Of a stretch of 24,000 nucleotides of DNA, positions 10,662 to 18,050 are shown piece by piece; the first letter of the stretch is position 1; the number at the start of each line of letters is the position of its first letter. The notes beneath the pieces are model-generated. The model saw nothing but the letters and a program-made list of their open reading frames with translations, was not told where the DNA came from and ran no database searches. A program made the position numbers and the translations under genes. This stretch comes from Thermodesulfobacteriota bacterium B35 (lineage in GTDB: Bacteria; Desulfobacterota; Desulfobulbia; Desulfobulbales; Desulfobulbaceae), in the NCBI GenBank assembly GCA_046599375.1, contig JBKIWM010000002.1, forward strand, positions 503,001 through 527,000, written 5' to 3'.

Positions 10662-11545
10662 ACTTCCTGCGCGCCATCATCGGCCAGACCCTGCGCAACC
10701 TGCGCCGGACCTGGAGTTCCCAGGCCCTGACCCTGCTGACCATCACCCTGTCGGTGCTGATCTTCTCCTTCTTCTTCCTCATCTATATCAATATGATCAA
10801 CGCAGGAAGGCACATGGGAGACAACCTGCGGCTCATCGTCTACCTGGACGAGGAGCCGGGCAAATCCCTGCAGGATGAATATCGCCGCAAGATCCTCAAG
10901 TTCGACCGGGTGGAAAGGATAGAGTTCGTCTCTTCCCGCCAGGCCTATGAACGGTTCCGCAAGCAGCTCGGCCATGACCAGGATGTGCTCGAGGGCATGC
11001 CCAGGAACTTCCTGCCTCCGTCCATCGAGGTCTATCCCATCCGTTCTCTGGCCACCCTGACCAGGATCAAGCGGTTTTCCGACTACCTGCAGACCCTGCC
11101 CGGCGTGCTCAAAGTCCAGTATGGCAGGGAATGGATCGACCGTTTCTACTCCTTTGTCAAGCTGATGCGGGTGGTGGTCATCCTCTCCGGCCTGCTGCTC
11201 CTCCTGACCACCACCTTCATGGTCGCCCATACCATCCGACTGACCCTCTGTTCCCGTGAGCGCGAACTGGAGCTGCTGCGGCTGCTCGGGGCCTCCAACC
11301 AGTATATCCGGGCGCCCTTCTTTCTGGAAGGCGCCCTGCAGGGACTGGTGGGGTCAATCTGCGGCCTGGCTGCTCTCTATGTCTTCTTTGACTGGTTCAG
11401 GCTGCGTTTTGCCGGTACGGCGGTGCTCAACCTGTTCCCGTTCACCTTTTTTCCGATACCGGTGGTGCTGACCATCATCACGGCGGCCACCCTCCTCTGC
11501 GCCGGCGGCAGTTTCTTTTCCACCAGGCGTATCACAAGACTATGA
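10658..11545 (+). CDS. ftsX: Cell division permease FtsX
   Basis: GTG start overlapping the ftsE stop (GTGA); [42 protein letters not shown], 4-TM FtsX architecture with periplasmic region. Confidence 0.92.
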   Translation: MNFLRAIIGQTLRNLRRTWSSQALTLLTITLSVLIFSFFFLIYINMINAGRHMGDNLRLIVYLDEEPGKSLQDEYRRKILKFDRVERIEFVSSRQAYERFRKQLGHDQDVLEGMPRNFLPPSIEVYPIRSLATLTRIKRFSDYLQTLPGVLKVQYGREWIDRFYSFVKLMRVVVILSGLLLLLTTTFMVAHTIRLTLCSRERELELLRLLGASNQYIRAPFFLEGALQGLVGSICGLAALYVFFDWFRLRFAGTAVLNLFPFTFFPIPVVLTIITAATLLCAGGSFFSTRRITRL

Positions 11546-12750
11546 ACCCGGCCAGGTTTTCACCACTCCCGCTGTTTCTGCTCCTCATCTGTGGCCTGAC
11601 CGCTGTCGCCGCGACACAGCCACCTGAAGGGGAACAACCCTATAGCCGGTACCGGATCTCCATCGGCAGGCTGCGCAGCGAGATCCGCAGCCACCAGGAG
11701 AAGATCCGGCGCAGCGGCGCCCGGGAGCTCTCCCTGCTTGACGAAATCCAGGGGATCGACCATAGAATCGCGGAGGAAAAAGAAAAGATCCATGCCCTGC
11801 AGGAGCGGTTGCAGGTCCAGGAAGAGATCCTGGCGAAAAAGACCAGGGTTCTCGACCAGGTGCGGGCAGAGGAGGAAAAGGTCCGCCTTCACCTGCAGAC
11901 ACGGCTCAGGGCATTCTACCTCATGGGCCCCACAGGGTTTCTCAATGTTGTCTTCTCCCGGCACAGCCTGCCTGAGCTGGTCCTGTTCGATGACTCCTTC
12001 CGGCTCCTGCTCAAGCATGACCGGGCCACCATCGATTCCTACCGTACCGCCATCGCCCGGCTGCACAGGGCCATGGCCGCCCAGGAGCTTGAAAAATCCG
12101 TACTTGAGGATTTCATCCGCCAGGCCGATGAAGAAAAGGAGAAGCTGGCCGCGGCCCGGCGGGATAAGGAGGAACTGCTGCAGCGCATCAGGACCAGAAA
12201 GGGCCTCTACACACTGGCGGTCCGGGAGATGCGGAAGGCAGAGACCGAACTGGCCAGCACCCTGACCACCCTGAGAAGAAAGGAGAAGAGCCGGCAGCGC
12301 GGTTTTCTCCTCAACCGGGGCCGACTGATGCCGCCGGTACAGGGAAGGCTGGTGCGCGGGTTCGGCCGCAAGGACGGCAACACCGCCCTGACCAACGGTA
12401 TCATCATTGATGCTCCTGACCAAACTCCTGTACGGGCAATCTATCCCGGCAGAATACTTTTTTCCGGTTACATGCGGGGCTATGGCAACATGATCATCAT
12501 CGACCATGGCCTCCAGTACTTCACCATCACGGCCAGGCTGGAAAAACGGCTCAAAGATGAGGGTGAGCAGGTCGAAGCCGGTGAAGTGATCGGCATGACC
12601 GGAGATATCGCCACCCTGTTCGATCCGGGCATCTATTTCGAGATCCGGCATGGGGCAAAATCCCTGGATCCGCTCAAGTGGCTGGTGCCCGGGGCCTACA
12701 GCCGGCCTGCCTCTGCACCGGCCACCGGACCGGAAGGGGAACAGGAGTGA
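11542..12750 (+). CDS. EnvC-like murein hydrolase activator (signal peptide, coiled coil, degenerate M23/LytM domain)
   Basis: Overlaps ftsX stop; long coiled coil then GRLVRGFGRKDG...PVRAIYPGRILFSGYMRGYGNMIIIDHG...GDIATLFDPGIYFEIRHGAKSLDPLKWL. Confidence 0.88.
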   Translation: MNPARFSPLPLFLLLICGLTAVAATQPPEGEQPYSRYRISIGRLRSEIRSHQEKIRRSGARELSLLDEIQGIDHRIAEEKEKIHALQERLQVQEEILAKKTRVLDQVRAEEEKVRLHLQTRLRAFYLMGPTGFLNVVFSRHSLPELVLFDDSFRLLLKHDRATIDSYRTAIARLHRAMAAQELEKSVLEDFIRQADEEKEKLAAARRDKEELLQRIRTRKGLYTLAVREMRKAETELASTLTTLRRKEKSRQRGFLLNRGRLMPPVQGRLVRGFGRKDGNTALTNGIIIDAPDQTPVRAIYPGRILFSGYMRGYGNMIIIDHGLQYFTITARLEKRLKDEGEQVEAGEVIGMTGDIATLFDPGIYFEIRHGAKSLDPLKWLVPGAYSRPASAPATGPEGEQE

Positions 12751-12931
12751 GTTGCTGTCTTCGCGTAAACCCGGCCTGGCCGGACCATGATTTTTTTGTC
12801 GCAGCCAAAATACACTATGAAAACATTGAAAATCAGACAGATACCATCAGGCCACAGGCAGGAGACTGCCCTGTCACCTGGTACCTGGTGCCTGCCCCCT
12901 GTCTCCTGATTTCAGCGCCGAGAATCCTGCC

Positions 12932-14311
12932 ATGAAACAGCTTATCTTTCTCTGTTCTCTTCTCCTGGTTCTCTCCACCATCCCGGTGCGGGCTGAGAAA
13001 ACTGCCGCAGACAGCAGTGAACAACAGCAGCAGACGATCTACCGCAACCTGGAGACCTTTGCCAATGTGCTGACGCTTCTGCAGCAGCACTATGTCGACG
13101 AGATCGATACCCGGAAGGTGATCATCGGTGCCATCAACGGCATGCTCACCTCACTCGATCCCCATTCGGCCTACATGCCGCCCGAGGACTTCAAGGAACT
13201 GCAGGAGGAAACCAAGGGCAGTTTCAGCGGCATCGGTATCGAGATCACCATCCGCGACGGCGTGCTGACAGCGGTCTCGCCCATCGAGGGCACGCCGGCA
13301 TTTGCGGCCGGCATCCAGGCCGGTGACCAGATCATCCGCATCAATGGCGAATTGACCAAATCCATGACCCTCATGGATGCGGTAAAGAAACTGCGGGGCA
13401 AAAAGGGGACCAAGGTCACTCTTACCATTCACCGCCAAGGATGGCCCGAGCCCAGGGATTTTGTCCTTGTCCGTGACGTCATCCCGCTCCACTCTGTACG
13501 GACCATGCCGCTTGAGCCGGGTCTGCTCTATGCCCGGATCACCAACTTTCAGGCCAATACCACCCGCGATTTTATCAGGGCACTGCGCAGGGCAGGGAAA
13601 AAACATCCGGTTAAGGGTCTGCTCCTTGACCTGCGCGATAATCCCGGCGGCCTGCTGGACCAGGCGGTCAAGGTGGCGGACGTCTTTATCGACAAGGGTA
13701 TCATCGTCTCCACCCGGGGCCGCGATCCGGAACAGAACATGAGCTTTAAGGCACACAAAGGCAACAGGAAGTATCATTTTCCCATGGTGGTCCTTGTCAA
13801 CGGCGGTTCGGCCAGCGCCTCGGAGATCGTGGCCGGTGCCCTTCAGGATCATCGGCGGGCGATCATCATCGGCACCGAGACCTTTGGCAAGGGCTCGGTG
13901 CAGACCATTATCCCCATGCCCAACGGTGCCGGTATCCGTCTCACCACTGCCCGCTACTACACGCCCAGCGGCAGGTCCATCCAGGAGACCGGTATCCGGC
14001 CGGATGTCGTGGTGCCGTTCCGGGAACCGGCAGCAACGGAGAAAACAGCCAGGCAGTGGTCGATCCGGGAAAAGGATCTTCCCCACCATTTCCGAAATGA
14101 TGGTGACAATGCGGTGAAGAATGGCGGTAAGGGCACCGGGAATGCGGAGTCAGCGGGAAAAACAAAAAAAATCCGTGAGCGGCTTGCCCGGGACAACCAG
14201 TTGCGGACTGCCTATATCATTCTCAAGAGCCTCAATATCGTGCTCCATGAGGATGCGGCAGCGCCGAAACAGTCCAGCGGTGATGGCCAGGCCAGGAGGA
14301 ACGGCAGCTAA
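12932..14311 (+). CDS. S41 family C-terminal processing peptidase
   Basis: YVDEIDTRKVIIGAINGMLTSLDPHSAYM, PDZ domain, LLLDLRDNPGGLLDQAVKVAD, catalytic VNGGSASASEIVAGALQDHRRAIIIGTETFGKGSVQT. Confidence 0.95.
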   Translation: MKQLIFLCSLLLVLSTIPVRAEKTAADSSEQQQQTIYRNLETFANVLTLLQQHYVDEIDTRKVIIGAINGMLTSLDPHSAYMPPEDFKELQEETKGSFSGIGIEITIRDGVLTAVSPIEGTPAFAAGIQAGDQIIRINGELTKSMTLMDAVKKLRGKKGTKVTLTIHRQGWPEPRDFVLVRDVIPLHSVRTMPLEPGLLYARITNFQANTTRDFIRALRRAGKKHPVKGLLLDLRDNPGGLLDQAVKVADVFIDKGIIVSTRGRDPEQNMSFKAHKGNRKYHFPMVVLVNGGSASASEIVAGALQDHRRAIIIGTETFGKGSVQTIIPMPNGAGIRLTTARYYTPSGRSIQETGIRPDVVVPFREPAATEKTARQWSIREKDLPHHFRNDGDNAVKNGGKGTGNAESAGKTKKIRERLARDNQLRTAYIILKSLNIVLHEDAAAPKQSSGDGQARRNGS

Positions 14312-14320
14312 CCCCTCACA

Positions 14321-14440
14321 GTAAGCGCTCACAGGAGCCGCACGGAGTCTTCACTTACCTCTTTGCACGGTCGTGCCTGCCCGCACAGGTAGGCTATCGG
14401 AGTCTCCCCGCGGTCGCTTACCTGCGGCCAGGCACGCCTG
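14321..14440. repeat. Degenerate member of the long-palindrome family (with internal ~26-nt insertion/duplication)
   Basis: GTAAGCGCTCACAGGAGCCGCA...CGGTCGTGCCTGCCCGCACAGGTAGGCTAT...GCGGCCAGGCACG aligns to the reverse complement of the core of the 19047-19153 palindrome (CGGTCGCTCCTGCCCGCATAGTAGGCTATAGCGGCCAGG). Confidence 0.65.
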
Positions 14441-14491
14441 CACAAATCCTCTACAAAAGATGGACCCGTAAAAAGTCCGTCACACTCTAAA

Positions 14492-14620
14492 GATGGCTCA
14501 GCAGAAAAGTTCGATATACAAGGCGTAGCGGTGTCGGCCAGGCGGAGGGGTACATGGAGTACGTCGAGCATTGGCCGTACCCGCTACAACGCAGCAGATC
14601 GGACTTTTTGCGACGCCATC
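14492..14620. repeat. MITE-like imperfect inverted-repeat element, ~129 bp
   Basis: Left GATGGCTCAGCAGAAAAGTTCGATAT...GTAGCGGTGTCGGCCA matches the reverse complement of the right end (GATGGCGTCGCAAAAAGTCCGATCT...GTAGCGGGTACGGCCA). A second outer copy of the end, GATGGACCCGTAAAAAGTCCG, is at 14459-14479. Confidence 0.7.
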
Positions 14621-14642
14621 ACAAAAGGCGCAGATATTTCAA

Positions 14643-14668
14643 GGCAGCTGCCGAAAGCGGTGAACGGT
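14643..14668 (-). repeat. Copy of dispersed GTTCACCGCNATCRGCAACTACC motif
   Basis: Minus strand: CGTTCACCGCTTTCGGCAGCTGCC. Confidence 0.55.
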
Positions 14669-14699
14669 GACAAAGGAGACAGGAAAGAGGGCAACGGGT

Positions 14700-14981
14700 T
14701 CAGCAGCAGGGACCCTCGATGCCGAGCAGCTCGTTGATCACCCCCCGGACGCAGCCCTCGCCGGCTTCGACCGTGATGGCGCCGGCCGGGCAGTTGCGCA
14801 TGCAGGCGCCGCATTCCATGCAGTGGTTCCTGGCCACCATGTCAGCCCTGCCCCGCTGCAGCGCAAACACCTGGTGCGGACAGACGGTCACGCACATGCC
14901 ACAGCCGATACAGCGGTTGCGGTCATAGGCCAGACTGACCACATCTTCAAGATACGTCAGCTCAGACATCTGGTGAGTCAT
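14700..14981 (-). CDS. hgcB: HgcB, 4Fe-4S ferredoxin of the mercury-methylation system
   Basis: LTYLEDVVSLAYDRNRCIGCGMCVTVCPHQVFAL...CMECGACMRNCPAGAITVEAGEGC...GIEGPCC: two 4Fe-4S motifs, extra Cys, and C-terminal vicinal Cys pair; adjacent to hgcA. Start may be 14981 (MTHQ) or 14969 (MSEL). Confidence 0.94.
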   Translation of the reverse strand: MTHQMSELTYLEDVVSLAYDRNRCIGCGMCVTVCPHQVFALQRGRADMVARNHCMECGACMRNCPAGAITVEAGEGCVRGVINELLGIEGPCC

Positions 14982-15047
14982 CCTCCTTGAAAAATAGTAA
15001 AAGTATCTGTCTTTTCAGGTGGTTGTCCATGGCGTCGGCCTATCAGG

Positions 15048-16178
15048 TTACGAAAAAAGCGCCGTCAGCCACAGGCCGAGGCCGATGATCAGGGCCGCGG
15101 CCTGCAGTGGAATGGCCCGCAGCATCTCCCTGCGGACGCCACCGGGTGAAGTGTAGGTCGTGGCTCCGGTGAAGGCCATGGCGAACCAGGAGGCGATGGT
15201 CAGGGTGACCAGCAGCAGGGCCATGCTTTCCATCAGTCCCTGTTCCGGCCACCGGTGCCGAAGGAAACCGAAGATACCGGCAAAACAGACCAGACCTGTC
15301 AACACGCCCTTGCCGCTGAAGGAGCGGCCGGGAATCCAGGGCAGCAGCAGGGGCGTCATCACGGTCCCTGCCAGGATGCCGGCCAGCACGGCCAGGGCCA
15401 TGGGCAGGCCATGCACCTCCACGGCGCGACCATAGGCAAGATTCCGTGCCAGTCCGGAGACAGCCAGCAGGACAAGGATGAGGGGCAACCCGACCCTGAG
15501 GGCCTGCATCACTTCCACCGGGACCAGAACCAGCCGTTCAGACAGTGGAAAATCTTTGACCCGCATCCCCGGTTCTGCCCTGCAACCGTTGTCCAGGAAA
15601 CGGGGCAGATCCGAGGCCATGACCGGACCGTAGATCACCCTGAAGCCGGAATGGCGTCGGATTTCGTGTGCCGCCAGGCCGGGAGCCCCGAGCTGGGGCA
15701 CGATCAGGCGCCGGTGGCTGACCACCTCCTCCAGCCTGGAGGCCTGGATCCGGTCCAGCAGTTCCAGGGTGCCGAAGGTCCCCTTGCCGGCCGCGCACCA
15801 GACATTGATTCCCTTTGTATCCAGGACCAGTATCCACAGATCGCGGCCCGGCAGGGCACTGCGCAGAACATCGAAGCTCATTTTGTAATTTGCGCTCACC
15901 AGGACCGGGCTGTGCTCATCGGGCCGGCCCAGGGCATAAAGGCCGGGCTCGACAGTGAAATGCATGCGGCCGATATTCCAGCGCGCCAGCCAGCTTCCCA
16001 GCCGGTCGCGCAAATTCAGCCCGGCACGGACCTGTGGCACCTTGCCCACCGGAGTGGTCAGGGTGCCGCGGACAAAAGGCTGGTCCGGCGAGGGCAGCCG
16101 AAAAGTGACCTCTCCTGCCCCCGGCCTGGCCACAGGCAGGAAGCGGAGCTGGCCGGAAGCTGAAGGAGTGATGGTCAT
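15048..16178 (-). CDS. hgcA: HgcA, membrane-anchored corrinoid protein for mercury methylation
   Basis: Contains the HgcA cap-helix signature INVWCAAGKGTFGT, upstream VSANYKMSFDVLRSALPGRDLWILVLDTKG, and C-terminal multi-TM domain. ATG at 16178 overlaps permease stop (ATGA). Confidence 0.96.
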   Translation of the reverse strand: MTITPSASGQLRFLPVARPGAGEVTFRLPSPDQPFVRGTLTTPVGKVPQVRAGLNLRDRLGSWLARWNIGRMHFTVEPGLYALGRPDEHSPVLVSANYKMSFDVLRSALPGRDLWILVLDTKGINVWCAAGKGTFGTLELLDRIQASRLEEVVSHRRLIVPQLGAPGLAAHEIRRHSGFRVIYGPVMASDLPRFLDNGCRAEPGMRVKDFPLSERLVLVPVEVMQALRVGLPLILVLLAVSGLARNLAYGRAVEVHGLPMALAVLAGILAGTVMTPLLLPWIPGRSFSGKGVLTGLVCFAGIFGFLRHRWPEQGLMESMALLLVTLTIASWFAMAFTGATTYTSPGGVRREMLRAIPLQAAALIIGLGLWLTALFS

Positions 16179-17404
16179 TTTTCGCTCTTTTTGCCGAGGT
16201 CCGACAACGGCTGCAGGGGCACAGGATGTTCGCTGCCACAGCCGCAGGTGTCGTGATGGTGATCCTGGTGACGGCCATGATGTTCGTGGCCGGATGCGCA
16301 GGAACCCGAGAAACATCCGCAGCCCTCGCCGGCAAACCTTTTCCTGACAATGGCGGCCAGCGGCTGTACCGAGAGCAGCAGGAGAACAATGGTCGCACCC
16401 AGCATCAGCCAGGCAGGCAGGACCTCGGCGGCCTGGCCGACAACAGCGGTGGCCGAGATACCAAGACCCAGGTAGATCACATCGACGATCAGGCCGCAGA
16501 TCACACTGACCACGGCGATGGAGGCAAGATAGAGCCCGGTGGCGCTCCTGCCCAGGATCCCCAGCAGCACGGAGAGCGAGGTGACATTGGTCGCCGGGCC
16601 CACCAGGAGGAAGACCAGGGCCGTGCCAGGGCTGACCCCCTTGAGGATCAGGGCGGCGGCAATGGGGGTGGAGGCGGTGGCGCAGATGTAGAGGGGAATG
16701 CCGAAGGCGAGCATCAGCAGCATGGAACCGATGCCGCCCCCCAGGTAGTGCGAGATCATGTCGTCGGGCACCAGGACGGTGATGACCCCGGCAAGGAGAA
16801 TACCGACAAAGAACCAGCCGACCAGGTCGGCCCAGATATCGGTGACCGCGAAACGGACCCCGGCAAACAGCTTTTCGGTCATGGAATGGTGGTGCCGGTG
16901 CACCTCGGGAGGACAGTCCGCACCGTCGCAGCAGTTGTCGATGGGACAGCGCAGGTCGGGCTGCACCCTGTCCGCGGCTTCGGGCGGATGGAGAAAGTTC
17001 TCCCCCACCCCGGCCACAAAGGCGGAAACAAAGGCGGCCACCGGCCGGGCAATGGTCATGATCGGGTCAAGCAGGGCCCAGGTGATGGAGATGGAATCCA
17101 CGCCCGACTCCGGTGTGGAGATGAGAAAGGCAGTGGTGGCGCCATTGTTGGCGCCCTGTTTCTTGAGCGAGGCCGCTGCCGGCAGTACACCGCAGGAACA
17201 GAGCGGAATAGGTATGCCGAACAGGGCCGCCTTGAAGACCGAACTGAACCGGCCGCTGCCGAGATGACTGGCAATGTAGGCCGGCGACATGAAAACCTTG
17301 AGCAGGCCGCCGACCAGCAGGCCGAAGAGGATATAGAGTGAGGCGTCCTGCAGAAGCTGCCAGGATTCGGCCAGGACATCGGTCAGGAAGGTGATGATGG
17401 TCAT
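16175..17404 (-). CDS. ArsP/SO_0444-type (PF03773-like) permease with Cys/His-rich loop and tail
   Basis: FGIPIPLCSCGVLPAAASLKKQGANNGATTAFLISTPESGVDSI, AFGIPLYICATASTPIAAALILKG, VGPATNVTSLSVL; loop CPIDNCCDGADCPPEVHRHHH; tail CGCFSGSCASGHEHHGRHQDHHHDTCGCGSEH. Confidence 0.9.
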   Translation of the reverse strand: MTIITFLTDVLAESWQLLQDASLYILFGLLVGGLLKVFMSPAYIASHLGSGRFSSVFKAALFGIPIPLCSCGVLPAAASLKKQGANNGATTAFLISTPESGVDSISITWALLDPIMTIARPVAAFVSAFVAGVGENFLHPPEAADRVQPDLRCPIDNCCDGADCPPEVHRHHHSMTEKLFAGVRFAVTDIWADLVGWFFVGILLAGVITVLVPDDMISHYLGGGIGSMLLMLAFGIPLYICATASTPIAAALILKGVSPGTALVFLLVGPATNVTSLSVLLGILGRSATGLYLASIAVVSVICGLIVDVIYLGLGISATAVVGQAAEVLPAWLMLGATIVLLLLSVQPLAAIVRKRFAGEGCGCFSGSCASGHEHHGRHQDHHHDTCGCGSEHPVPLQPLSDLGKKSEK

Positions 17405-17406
17405 GA

Positions 17407-17766
17407 TTACTCCCGTATATGTTCCAGGGCCAGCTCCATGAGCCGGTGAACATGGTCGTCGCTGAGCCGATAGTAGAGGACCGGTCCCTGGCGTCGGTTG
17501 ACGACAAGATGGAGCTGACGGAGGAGACGCAACTGATGGCTCACCGCCGACTCACTGATTCCGAGAAATCGGGCCAGGTCGCAGACACACATCTCGTCCT
17601 CCTGCAGGGCCCGCAGGATGCGCAACCGGTTGGGATCCCCCATGGCCTTGAACAGTTGCGCCATGGCACTGTTCTCGCTCTCGGCCAGAGACGACGCCAG
17701 GGCGCGATCAATACGATCCTGGTGGATACAGCGGCATGCGCACCGGTCTTCAGGGATCTTTTTCAT
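17407..17766 (-). CDS. ArsR/SmtB family transcriptional regulator (CadC-like metal sites)
   Basis: Winged helix MAQLFKAMGDPNRLRILRALQEDEMCVCDLARFLGISESAVSHQLRLLRQLHLV; N-terminal CACRC; alpha5 DDHVHRLMELALEHIRE. Confidence 0.92.
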   Translation of the reverse strand: MKKIPEDRCACRCIHQDRIDRALASSLAESENSAMAQLFKAMGDPNRLRILRALQEDEMCVCDLARFLGISESAVSHQLRLLRQLHLVVNRRQGPVLYYRLSDDHVHRLMELALEHIRE

Positions 17767-17769
17767 GGT

Positions 17770-17792
17770 GTGCGAAAGCGGTGAACTGTTAC
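17770..17792 (-). repeat. Copy of dispersed motif in arsR leader
   Basis: Minus strand: GTAACAGTTCACCGCTTTCGCAC; matches only the 5' half of the consensus well. Confidence 0.4.
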
Positions 17793-17878
17793 AATTTCTT
17801 GCGATATGTACGGTTGTTGCCAGTGACGGCGCACCATTGCCAACTGTTATGGCCGGTCTGCCATGGACGGGCATGTTT

Positions 17879-17928
17879 TATTATCTGCACATCTGTTCAG
17901 ATAATACCACCTGCAGCGGATTCTGCAA
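17879..17928 (-). promoter_or_regulatory. Candidate promoter/operator for the arsR-permease-hgcAB operon
   Basis: Perfect 9-bp inverted repeat TATTATCTG-10 nt-CAGATAATA (17879-17906). On the - strand, TTGCAG-16 nt-TATTAT puts a plausible -10 box within the repeat. Confidence 0.5.
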
Positions 17929-17978
17929 GTACAATTCTGTTGCCCATGCTGCGGCCCGGAAATTCCTGTCTCCTGATC

Positions 17979-18013
17979 AAAAAGGCCGCACCAGTGTCAA
18001 AAACGGTGCGGCC
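17979..18013 (-). terminator. Rho-independent terminator downstream of the 18051-18716 gene
   Basis: Minus strand GGCCGCACC-12 nt-GGTGCGGCC followed by TTTTT. Confidence 0.85.
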
Positions 18014-18050
18014 GGGGAGAGGATGAGGGGACAGGGCCGAAAGAGGCTGC

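Noticed and set aside
10265-11230. 321-aa minus ORF
   Set aside because: Antisense to ftsE and ftsX; shadow ORF.
11560-12651. 363-aa minus ORF
   Set aside because: Antisense to the EnvC-like gene; shadow ORF.
13151-14089. 312-aa minus ORF
   Set aside because: Antisense to the S41 protease; shadow ORF.
14329-14737. Small ORFs in the hgcB/ctp gap
   Set aside because: They run through palindrome and MITE-like repeats; no start context or domain evidence.
16226-17341. 371-aa + strand ORF
   Set aside because: Antisense to the permease; low-complexity Gly/Asp/His composition is a mirror of membrane codons.
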